The notes beneath the pieces are model-generated. The model saw only the letters and a program-made list of their open reading frames with translations. It was not told the DNA's origin and searched no databases. Below, piece after piece: positions 1 to 6,142 of a stretch of 61,464 nt of DNA. This stretch comes from a virus. Both the position numbers and the translations under genes were made by a program. The stretch's first letter is position 1, and each line of letters begins with the position of its first letter. The stretch covers positions 1 to 61,464 of the IMG/VR virus record IMGVR_UViG_3300031673_000040. One strand, written 5' to 3'.

Positions 1-118
1 TTGTTAGGTGAGGTTATGAACTACTGGCCTATGTTTGTTTAACATAGCAATGATTTTATTCTCAACCCCTTCATCTAATTTAAATGCGTTACCGATGAAA
101 AGACCGTCGTTTATTTTT
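1..118. repeat. Left copy of a 118-bp terminal direct repeat, identical to 61347-61464. Either a circular-closure overlap or a short DTR.
   Basis: Read directly: ttgttaggtgaggttatgaac...gaccgtcgtttattttt occurs at both window ends. The repeat lies inside the 3' end of minus-strand ORF 4-996. Confidence 0.9.
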
Positions 119-996
119 TCATCATAGCCCTCATAACAGGGTTGGCCCTCTTCCCACAAAGAATACATCAAACACAACAAATCTAGACTGCTGTTGCCAA
201 GTTCTTCCAGTTCCGCCACTCTTTCCATCAGCAATCGCTCTCTCTTTTCAATGCCACGGAAAGAGTTTAATCGCTGCTCCAGTTCCGCTATACGCTGGTT
301 GGCGGCGTTGTCGATGATAGCTTCGAGTTCGGCAATCTTCGCCTTCAACTCCACCTCAGACGGTATTTGCGCGTGTAGGTAGAGCTTTCTCCATCCGGTA
401 GTCCATGTTGCGTTACCCCGATATGGAATGATTCGCAATGAAAGGGAAGTTGTATCCTGTACGTAGACAGGCTCCTCCGCATCAGCCACACGTATGCGAT
501 CTTCCAGTTGCTTGTTACGCCGCTCCACTACTTCTACCAAGTCCAGCAGTTCCTGTATGCGCTGGTTGTCGGCGGAGAGTTTGGTATGCTCCCTCTCTAT
601 GCACGCAACAGCTAATTCATTCTGCTGTTGTTTCAGATTGATATTTGATTCCAGCTTGGCAATTTCGTCCAAGTATTCGTTTCGTGTGGCAGTATCTTCC
701 GCGATTATCTGATTGTAAGTGCTTCGTACTTGATTCAGAGTTGCTTCCAGTTCCTTGTTGCGCTGGTTGGCTGCGGAGAGTTGCTGTTCTTGCTTCTCCG
801 CCAAATCATTCAGTTCATCTTTATCCGAAGCCAGGCTATCAATATCCGGCTGCATCACAGCTTTGGCGGCTTGCCAACCAAGTTCACGCTGCCACGCCAA
901 CTGTCTTAACTCCTCAGTTATTGTTATGTCATCAGGATGATAATTAAATTCCCAGTGATGCCACACTAAAAATTCCTCTCGTTGCTTGTCCATCAC
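4..996 (-). CDS. Hypothetical coiled-coil protein (330 aa)
   Basis: Long ORF with an E/L/Q/R-rich heptad-like core (AELEQRLNS, LEDRIRVAD). Same strand as its neighbours. No catalytic motif recognised. Confidence 0.6.
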   Translation of the reverse strand: MMDKQREEFLVWHHWEFNYHPDDITITEELRQLAWQRELGWQAAKAVMQPDIDSLASDKDELNDLAEKQEQQLSAANQRNKELEATLNQVRSTYNQIIAEDTATRNEYLDEIAKLESNINLKQQQNELAVACIEREHTKLSADNQRIQELLDLVEVVERRNKQLEDRIRVADAEEPVYVQDTTSLSLRIIPYRGNATWTTGWRKLYLHAQIPSEVELKAKIAELEAIIDNAANQRIAELEQRLNSFRGIEKRERLLMERVAELEELGNSSLDLLCLMYSLWEEGQPCYEGYDEKINDGLFIGNAFKLDEGVENKIIAMLNKHRPVVHNLT

Positions 997-1055
997 TCTC
1001 TCCTAAATAATGACCCTCACGTTAGCAAATGCTGACAGAATATACTCTGGTCGCA

Positions 1056-1448
1056 CTAGTAAAGACCTTTCTCGACTATTTCACGAAGATCATCCAGGCC
1101 GGGTACTGTCTCCAGTGCGAACTCATCCAGGCGAGTTATACTGAATTTGACGTCTTCCAGGGTTGAATCAGTTGCGTCGCCAGTTTCAATCCTCACGCGC
1201 TGCAATGTGAGATGATCTATGAGTGCAGCAATCAGCCAGGTTTTGTCGTAACCAAGTAGTGGATCTACTTCAAGGGCAAGGGATGGGGTTGTGGCGATAG
1301 GTGGGTCGGGCTTTTCGGGCTTCCATCTGCCGAATGGGTCCCGCTGAAACATGTTTGTCAGTTTCTTGCTGAGGGTTGACGACTCTTCTTGATTCAGACC
1401 ACGGGATGTTCTGAAGGTGATGGAGTAGTGGTGTTCACTCATCGTCAT
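1056..1448 (-). CDS. Hypothetical protein (130 aa)
   Basis: ORF in the leftward operon, directly downstream of a small RHH-like ORF. No motif recognised. Confidence 0.5.
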   Translation of the reverse strand: MTMSEHHYSITFRTSRGLNQEESSTLSKKLTNMFQRDPFGRWKPEKPDPPIATTPSLALEVDPLLGYDKTWLIAALIDHLTLQRVRIETGDATDSTLEDVKFSITRLDEFALETVPGLDDLREIVEKGLY

Positions 1449-1529
1449 ACCTGCTGGGAATGCGGGCGCCGTTGTGTGAGAATAGCTTTGCCAGTAAGGC
1501 TAGGAGCTTGCCCCACAGTCCAGACAACA

Positions 1530-1709
1530 TTATATGCTGTCCTTCGGTGGGAGTGCTCCTGTACGCTTGTACTGTTCGATGGAAGCTGCCAAACTGCGAT
1601 TGGCGAATTCAGTGAAAGACATTCCGTGTGCGTCCATGACAGAACGCATTGCGTCATACGTCCGTTGAGGGACATGGATATTCATTTTCTTTTTCTCGAT
1701 TGCTGCCAT
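1530..1709 (-). CDS. Small ribbon-helix-helix (Arc/CopG-like) DNA-binding protein candidate (59 aa; below the ORF-track cutoff)
   Basis: My translation: MAAIEKKKMNIHVPQRTYDAMRSVMDAHGMSFTEFANRSLAASIEQYKRTGALPPKDSI. It shows the beta-alpha-alpha pattern typical of RHH proteins. SD taggag lies 8 nt upstream of the ATG at 1709. Confidence 0.5.
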   Translation of the reverse strand: MAAIEKKKMNIHVPQRTYDAMRSVMDAHGMSFTEFANRSLAASIEQYKRTGALPPKDSI

Positions 1710-1747
1710 GATACTACTCCTAGATTTATGTTGTGGCTATGAATATA

Positions 1748-1776
1748 ATGTTACGCAAGATGCTTGTAGATTGCAA
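1748..1776 (-). promoter_or_regulatory. Sigma70-like promoter candidate TTGCAA-17-TAACAT upstream of the RHH ORF
   Basis: Minus-strand reading ttgcaa tctacaagcatcttgcg taacat. It lies about 35 nt upstream of the ATG at 1709 and contains the recurring caagcatctt motif. Confidence 0.4.
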
Positions 1777-1804
1777 TAGTCTTTATTAGGATAGACTGCA
1801 CTGG

Positions 1805-1984
1805 TTAACCAAACACAAGTCTCCAGCACCACTTCAAGAAAACCCAAGTGAAAGGTAGTTGGAACGGATCCTCAAGTTTCATATAACGACCTGATGGATC
1901 GCCACGGTATGCAAACAGTTGGATGCTGGTGTCGTACGGGTCACGACAGTTGCGTCCGCTAATTGGGTCAGGAAGGTTTATCAT
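1805..1984 (-). CDS. Possible small ORF (59 aa) downstream of def
   Basis: My translation: MINLPDPISGRNCRDPYDTSIQLFAYRGDPSGRYMKLEDPF... It starts 9 nt after the def stop. The SD is weak. Confidence 0.3.
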   Translation of the reverse strand: MINLPDPISGRNCRDPYDTSIQLFAYRGDPSGRYMKLEDPFQLPFTWVFLKWCWRLVFG

Positions 1985-1992
1985 TTGGGTTC

Positions 1993-2418
1993 CTATATAA
2001 TTGTAATGCCGTTGAGGTGGTCCACTTCGTGTTGTATGCAGTACGCGAACAAGCCCGACGCCTTAAACTTGATGGGCGTCCAGTCTTCATCGAATCCCTG
2101 TACGGTGATTGCTTTGCTCCGTTCCATTGGAACTGTCTTACCCGGAAAGGACAAACATCCTTCTACGCTTGTCGTATTGCGAGCGCTGCGTTTCGAGATA
2201 ACGGGGTTGATTAGAGCTTGCTTCATCCCGGCAACATGAACAACGATAACACGTTTCAAGACGCCTACTTGGTTAGCTGCAAGTCCAATGCCTTTCCCCG
2301 CATACATGAGGGCGAACATTGCGCCGATTAACGGTTTGACGTCTTCACCAGCAGGAACGTCTGCTGCGACGCTGGACAGTTCAGGGTTGCTGCGTCCGTT
2401 TAAGACGTTCAAGTTCAT
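1993..2418 (-). CDS. def: Peptide deformylase
   Basis: All three PDF motifs are present: GIGLAANQVG, EGCLSFPG and HEVDHLNG. Confidence 0.9.
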   Translation of the reverse strand: MNLNVLNGRSNPELSSVAADVPAGEDVKPLIGAMFALMYAGKGIGLAANQVGVLKRVIVVHVAGMKQALINPVISKRSARNTTSVEGCLSFPGKTVPMERSKAITVQGFDEDWTPIKFKASGLFAYCIQHEVDHLNGITII

Positions 2419-2522
2419 TTTTCTTTTGCTCCTTTACTTCATCACGTACGATTATAATATAGTAGCAGAAATACATCGCCACTACCCATGCTGCAACTAC
2501 CTTAACGACTTCCCAATTCATG

Positions 2523-2963
2523 TTAGTATCTTTCGGTTGGTTGTAGGGAATCTACTGGAACGGGTTTTACTACCAAAGCTTTCGTATTCTGCTCACACAG
2601 GTCCGAGTCAGGATAACCACCATACTCGTCATAGTCCTGATGCCATTTGTGGTTCGCTTCAATAGCTTTTCGCAGGAATTCGACTTCCGCAAGCGCTGCA
2701 TTGAGTTCTTTCCCACAGTCTTGGTATAGGTCGAAATTGTACGCTGCTTCATGCAGCTTCTCTGCTATGAAGACTTTGAGCGCTTCGATACGCTTATCTT
2801 GCTTTTGCATCCCAGCTTGGTACGATGTTATTTGGTGCATCGCTAAAGCCAAACGTGACTGGAGCGGGATTAGTTCTTGCAGACGCTGTGACTGCTCTTT
2901 GATTATGGCGGATTGGCGGTTGACGAGCTCTGCCATTTCAAGATAACTTAGGTGTTCAAGCAT
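2523..2963 (-). CDS. Hypothetical coiled-coil protein (146 aa; internal start chosen)
   Basis: Start MLEHLSYLEM is preceded by SD aaggaa. The longer ORF-track version would overlap the SleB-like gene by about 100 nt. Confidence 0.55.
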   Translation of the reverse strand: MLEHLSYLEMAELVNRQSAIIKEQSQRLQELIPLQSRLALAMHQITSYQAGMQKQDKRIEALKVFIAEKLHEAAYNFDLYQDCGKELNAALAEVEFLRKAIEANHKWHQDYDEYGGYPDSDLCEQNTKALVVKPVPVDSLQPTERY

Positions 2964-2974
2964 TTCGATTTCCT

Positions 2975-3445
2975 TTATAGTTGTGCAACAAGATTGTTTG
3001 GTTGTTTTCTTGGTACTTCTTTGTAGAACATGTGCGCGCCTATCCTTACGGTGAATTTCATGCGAGTTGAACGCGCCCATCTGGGATTACTTGTTACAGT
3101 GTGATAATGGTCTGCACCATGCGTTGGGTCTGTGTAGCGCTGGCGGATGAGATGTACAGCCAGTACTCTGATGTTGCGCCAGACATGCCCGGGTCTGGGT
3201 TTCGGGAGATTTTGGTCAGTCCAGGAAAACTGCGCATGTTGGTAGACAATTTCGCAAATCGTTTTGTGCTGGGCATGGGCTCTGTTAAGCGTAACTGCGG
3301 CGACAGCTATTTGTCCTTTGATTGACTGTCCGCGGGCCTCATGGTAAATGTTCTTTGCAAGACAATTCGCTTGATGCTGCGTTGGGTGTGCTTGTGCGGT
3401 TATAGGTAAGAGTGCTAACATTGCGAAACAGTATCGTATGTTCAT
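2975..3445 (-). CDS. Exported SleB-family cell-wall hydrolase (Hydrolase_2-like) with a cleavable signal peptide
   Basis: N-terminus MNIRYCFAMLALLPITAQA-HP is a Sec signal. The core NIYHEARGQS...AVAAVTLNR...QFSW resembles SleB/CwlJ-type hydrolases. Confidence 0.75.
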   Translation of the reverse strand: MNIRYCFAMLALLPITAQAHPTQHQANCLAKNIYHEARGQSIKGQIAVAAVTLNRAHAQHKTICEIVYQHAQFSWTDQNLPKPRPGHVWRNIRVLAVHLIRQRYTDPTHGADHYHTVTSNPRWARSTRMKFTVRIGAHMFYKEVPRKQPNNLVAQL

Positions 3446-3681
3446 TCTTCAACCTCCTTTAGGTAGTTTAACCAGTATTCAATCTCTTCCTGGTCTTTTT
3501 GGTATTGCTTCCTACGCTCCTCCAACTCCTCAGGTGTAAACCCGATTCTTTCCCTTCCTCCATCGTCAGGAGCCAGTCTAGCAAGGGCCGTCTTAAACAA
3601 GCTTTCACGTTCTCTTAATGCCGACTTCCGCGCTCTTTTCAGTCTTTCAGCGTTTGCACGTTGTCTTTGTTCGCGATTCAT
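3442..3681 (-). CDS. Hypothetical basic/acidic helical protein (79 aa)
   Basis: ORF with an ATGA-type overlap to the downstream gene. Charged helical composition. Confidence 0.5.
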   Translation of the reverse strand: MNREQRQRANAERLKRARKSALRERESLFKTALARLAPDDGGRERIGFTPEELEERRKQYQKDQEEIEYWLNYLKEVEE

Positions 3682-3740
3682 CTGTCAGGATCCTTTGCTT
3701 ACGTTTTGCCATGTTATACAGGGCTGTGCAAGATGTCAAG

Positions 3741-3802
3741 CTATCTGTTTTTAAATTTGTCTGTTTTTGATTTTGTCTGTTTTTGATTTTGTCTGTTTTT
3801 GA
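3741..3802 (+). repeat. Iteron cluster A: one degenerate unit plus three tandem 16-bp units TTTTGTCTGTTTTTGA
   Basis: Read directly: ctatctgtttttaaa, then tttgtctgtttttga three times. The same motif recurs at 5521-5600, and inverted at 53621-53640. Confidence 0.85.
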
Positions 3803-3919
3803 AAACGGGTGCGGGTGGGTTGTAGTGCGACTGAGATACAACGGAGAAAGGAATTATAACAAAGGCTTCCTTTCTAAATAATCGTACTAATCCCACCTAA
3901 GATAAGGTGGGACAGTAGA

Positions 3920-4129
3920 TTAGTTTTCTCTTATACAGCGATTTGCGGTTGCTTGTTGGTACGCACCAGTTATCGTTGGACGCGTGTATTCAATTGCTGG
4001 GAAAACTCTGTTGAATCTGCCCCAGCCAAACAATCTTGGACTAAGGCATTTTGCGGAATGCAGAGTTGTTGTAAGTATTCCGCCGATTTGACGACCAGTT
4101 GCAATGTCTACTACAATAAAGCGGCTCAT
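3920..4129 (-). CDS. Hypothetical protein (69 aa; start MSRFIVVD)
   Basis: ATGA overlap with the upstream 31-aa ORF. The ORF-track version is 9 codons longer. Confidence 0.4.
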   Translation of the reverse strand: MSRFIVVDIATGRQIGGILTTTLHSAKCLSPRLFGWGRFNRVFPAIEYTRPTITGAYQQATANRCIREN

Positions 4130-4221
4130 GCTACGCCACCATGACGGATAATCCACAAACGCACATACTGGATGCGAATGTGGGCTTGTTGCTGGTAATC
4201 TGCTGCGCGATCGTTTGTCAT
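4126..4221 (-). CDS. Possible small ORF (31 aa)
   Basis: My translation: MTNDRAADYQQQAHIRIQYVRLWIIRHGGVA. Strong SD aaggagag upstream. Its stop overlaps the next ATG. Confidence 0.35.
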   Translation of the reverse strand: MTNDRAADYQQQAHIRIQYVRLWIIRHGGVA

Positions 4222-4231
4222 GTTGCTCTCC

Positions 4232-4315
4232 TTAGATGTGGATGAACAGGAGTACTGCTAACGTAATGGCGATAAGTACACCACCAAGATAGCATTCAAG
4301 ATCATTGCGATTCAT
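4232..4315 (-). CDS. Possible small membrane peptide (27 aa); first gene of the leftward arm
   Basis: My translation: MNRNDLECYLGGVLIAITLAVLLFIHI. SD ggag lies 7 nt upstream. It is the first ORF downstream of promoter 4356-4384. Confidence 0.35.
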   Translation of the reverse strand: MNRNDLECYLGGVLIAITLAVLLFIHI

Positions 4316-4355
4316 TTCATACTCCAAGATAAGACACTAAACTTGTGTCATACAT

Positions 4356-4384
4356 ATTGTTGCACATTGCATAAGGGTATGCAA
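4356..4384 (-). promoter_or_regulatory. Leftward promoter candidate TTGCAT-17-AACAAT, overlapped by the palindrome TTGCATA-AGGG-TATGCAA (4367-4384)
   Basis: Minus-strand reading ttgcat acccttatgcaatgtgc aacaat. A perfect 7-bp inverted repeat overlaps it. A near-identical element lies at 59290-59318. Confidence 0.5.
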
Positions 4385-4585
4385 TAGTCTAACGCGTTTA
4401 TAGTGCATGTATATATGAATGGCTAAAATCTGGCATTTGTGGCGCTGTATATGCACGTTTGGCGCGTTTGCGACCGCTGGTTGATGTAATGGCATGGGCC
4501 AGCAAATCTACTTACTGTTGCGCGTTTAAACAAACGGGAATAATTAGGATTGGTTGCACGGGTTAGCTGAGTGTTACATAATCCA

Positions 4586-4614
4586 TTGACTTAGAATGTG
4601 CGATATGCTTTAAT
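4586..4614 (+). promoter_or_regulatory. Sigma70-like promoter TTGACT-17-TTTAAT firing rightward into ORF-free DNA
   Basis: Read directly: ttgact tagaatgtgcgatatgc tttaat. Near-consensus hexamers with 17-nt spacing. Confidence 0.55.
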
Positions 4615-4664
4615 ACGCAACGCACATCTCCCTGCGCTTGTTCTGTAAGATAAGATATTTATCT

Positions 4665-4691
4665 GTGGTTATGGTGGTTATGGTGGTTTAT
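4665..4691 (+). repeat. Tandem 9-bp repeat GTGGTTATG x3 (third unit GTGGTTTAT)
   Basis: Read directly: gtggttatggtggttatggtggtttat, followed by tagtgggggg. Confidence 0.85.
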
Positions 4692-4891
4692 TAGTGGGGG
4701 GATGGAGCTGAAAATTGCTGTAGTATCAATGGGTTAGAAATGTAGTGTCCTCAAGTTTTATCCTTAGGATGGTCCGGTAAAAGTTTGTTTGTAATCAGTA
4801 GGTTACGTGACAGATTGCCCTGGGAAAACGTCCTGTCAGATTTGCAAATTACATGGAAGAATTGTGGTAAAAAAGCCTTTTAAATCAAAGG

Positions 4892-4918
4892 GCAAGGGGA
4901 TTATTGTCCCTGCTTTTT
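4892..4918 (+). terminator. Rho-independent terminator candidate
   Basis: Stem gcaagggg/tccctgc (one bulge, one G-U pair) followed by ttttt. Confidence 0.4.
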
Positions 4919-4945
4919 GTCGCTATACACGCGGGACGTGTTGTG

Positions 4946-4979
4946 AAAAATTTTTTTTAAAAAGGTCAAATTTTTGAAA
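4946..4979. other. A/T tract (possible DNA unwinding element)
   Basis: Read directly: aaaaattttttttaaaaaggtcaaatttttgaaa, inside the ORF-free repeat region. Confidence 0.4.
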
Positions 4980-5007
4980 GGGCGACGGTTTATTAGGGCG
5001 GGACTGT

Positions 5008-5200
5008 TTCAAGTTGTTGAATGGTAATGACAATCTTACAACGGTTTTTTTGTTTTTGTGGGGAATTTAAAAATCTGTCGCGACTGTTTGTTAGGATAAA
5101 AGTAGTTTAAGTTATTGAATAGTAATGATAATCTGGTGGTGGTTCTTGTTTACGTGTTTTGGGAAATAATCTGCTCTAGTACGCGAACTGTTACAAAGCA
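5008..5200 (+). repeat. Two to three degenerate ~95-bp direct repeats
   Basis: aagttgttgaatggtaatgacaatct...ttttgtggggaat...atctgtcgcgactgtt aligns with aagttattgaatagtaatgataatct...gttttgggaaat...atctgctctagtacgcgaactgtt. A partial third unit (gcgttttgggaagat) follows. Confidence 0.6.
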
Positions 5201-5261
5201 AAGTGTTAGAGCGGAAATGTCTTGCGTTTTGGGAAGATTTATGATAGTAGATTGTGGATTT

Positions 5262-5270
5262 GGGGGGGGG
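5262..5270 (+). repeat. G9 homopolymer followed by GGGTTGTGGGTTG (G-rich block)
   Basis: Read directly: tttgggggggggatt ... gtgggttgtgggttg (5291-5305). Confidence 0.8.
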
Positions 5271-5304
5271 ATTGTGGAGAAGAAGCGGTTGTGGGTTGTG
5301 GGTT

Positions 5305-5318
5305 GCCGGTTGGCGAAT
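5305..5318 (+). repeat. 14-bp repeat GCCGGTTGGCGAAT, copy 1
   Basis: An identical 14-mer lies at 5775-5788. An inverted 11-mer, cgccaaccggc, lies near 6901-6912. Confidence 0.8.
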
Positions 5319-5520
5319 TTGCGGATTGCTTACGTATTAGGAGCTAATTTCATTTTTAAAAACTGTCACGACTTTAATGCCTCTTAGCTGTCGTCAACGA
5401 TTCATTTCAAGAGCGAAGTCATCCTGTACAGAATGCTCGCGTATATAGAAAGGCAGCGCAAACACTGGTCATCGCCAACTGGCAACTGTGCTAACCCAAC
5501 CAGACTCCGCGGAATTTATT

Positions 5521-5625
5521 TTATCTGTTTTCAATCTAAGGTAGACGGAATCTTGTCCCATAGAACTTTTGTCTGTTTTTGATTTTGTCTGTTTTCAATC
5601 TTGAAGACGCGGTATCTTGAAGACG
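5521..5625 (+). repeat. Iteron cluster B (four TCTGTTTT units) plus a 12-bp direct repeat ATCTTGAAGACG x2
   Basis: ttatctgttttcaatct; ttttgtctgtttttga; ttttgtctgttttcaatctt; then atcttgaagacg at 5598-5609 and 5614-5625. Confidence 0.85.
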
Positions 5626-5654
5626 GGAATATAAGCAGACTCTTATGCCATTTT

Positions 5655-5683
5655 ATCGTCACCGGTTGACGATATCTCGTCAC
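5655..5683. promoter_or_regulatory. Overlapping inverted repeats built from TCGTCA/TGACGA half-sites
   Basis: atcgtca-ccggt-tgacgat, followed by gacgatatctcgtcac. Confidence 0.6.
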
Positions 5684-5692
5684 TCGCCAACT

Positions 5693-5736
5693 GTCATCTT
5701 CTAGTCATCTTCTAGTCATCTTTCCGTCATCTATCA
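5693..5736 (+). repeat. Four tandem 11-bp repeats (one helical turn): GTCATCTTCTA x2, GTCATCTTTCC, GTCATCTATCA
   Basis: Read directly. The array is flanked by the TCGTCAC palindromes at 5655-5683 and 5818-5835. Confidence 0.85.
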
Positions 5737-5774
5737 GAAGCGGAATAACCTTACCTATCACTCAACTATTCTCC

Positions 5775-5788
5775 GCCGGTTGGCGAAT
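5775..5788 (+). repeat. 14-bp repeat GCCGGTTGGCGAAT, copy 2
   Basis: Identical to 5305-5318. Confidence 0.8.
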
Positions 5789-5817
5789 GCGAATGCGTCT
5801 TGCTCGCATCTACAGAG

Positions 5818-5835
5818 GTGACGAGATCTCGTCAC
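5818..5835. promoter_or_regulatory. Perfect 18-bp palindrome GTGACGAGATCTCGTCAC (operator-like)
   Basis: Read directly. Related to gacgatatctcgtcac at 5668-5683. Confidence 0.7.
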
Positions 5836-5929
5836 GCGTAAAGACCCACTAACTCAGAAGGGCTTGTAACCCATTGATTCTATTATGCTTTTCTTGAGCA
5901 CCTTCGCCGGCCAGTACCTTACCTAGGTG

Positions 5930-5946
5930 CTAGAAACGCCGTAAAC
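5930..5946 (+). promoter_or_regulatory. Conserved intergenic box, copy 1 (CTAGAAACGCCGTAAAC)
   Basis: Matches the CTAAACGCCGTAAACG box also found at 16374, 30941, 44121 and (degenerate) 49839. All five copies are in the same orientation. Confidence 0.6.
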
Positions 5947-6113
5947 AGCGTTCTGACGCCTGCCGCTACAAGCGCCGCCAAACGGCGGTTCTATTGGTAG
6001 CACTCGCTAACCGAAACAGCATTGGCACGGTCTTTGCTACGTGTGCGCGTTCTTTTAATATACCAGCGCGTTAGACCTTGTTACAATTTGTTACACTTTA
6101 CATGCACAAGACT

Positions 6114-6142
6114 ATAGCATTTTGCATAGGTTTGGGTATAAT
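6114..6142 (+). promoter_or_regulatory. Weak promoter candidate (-10 TATAAT at 6137-6142) for the 6320 gene
   Basis: The -10 hexamer gggtataatgg is perfect, but the -35 is poor. Confidence 0.3.

Larger units (their letters stand above)
4621..4918 (+). ncRNA. Candidate ~300-nt non-coding transcript bounded by promoter 4586-4614 and hairpin/T-tract 4892-4918
   Basis: No ORF longer than 11 codons has a usable SD. The interval contains the (GTGGTTATG)x3 repeat and a G-run. The boundaries are inferred from sequence only. Confidence 0.3.

Noticed and set aside
3741-3802. Possibility that the tandem 16-bp repeats (and those at 5567-5600) form a CRISPR array
   Set aside because: The repeats are directly adjacent with no spacers, are too short, and are T-rich rather than palindromic. 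There are no cas genes. They are iteron-like.
5115-5387. A 90-aa plus-strand ORF inside the ORF-free hub
   Set aside because: It has a TTG start without an SD. It runs through the degenerate repeats and a G9 tract (giving GFGGG) and has odd composition. I treat it as non-coding.
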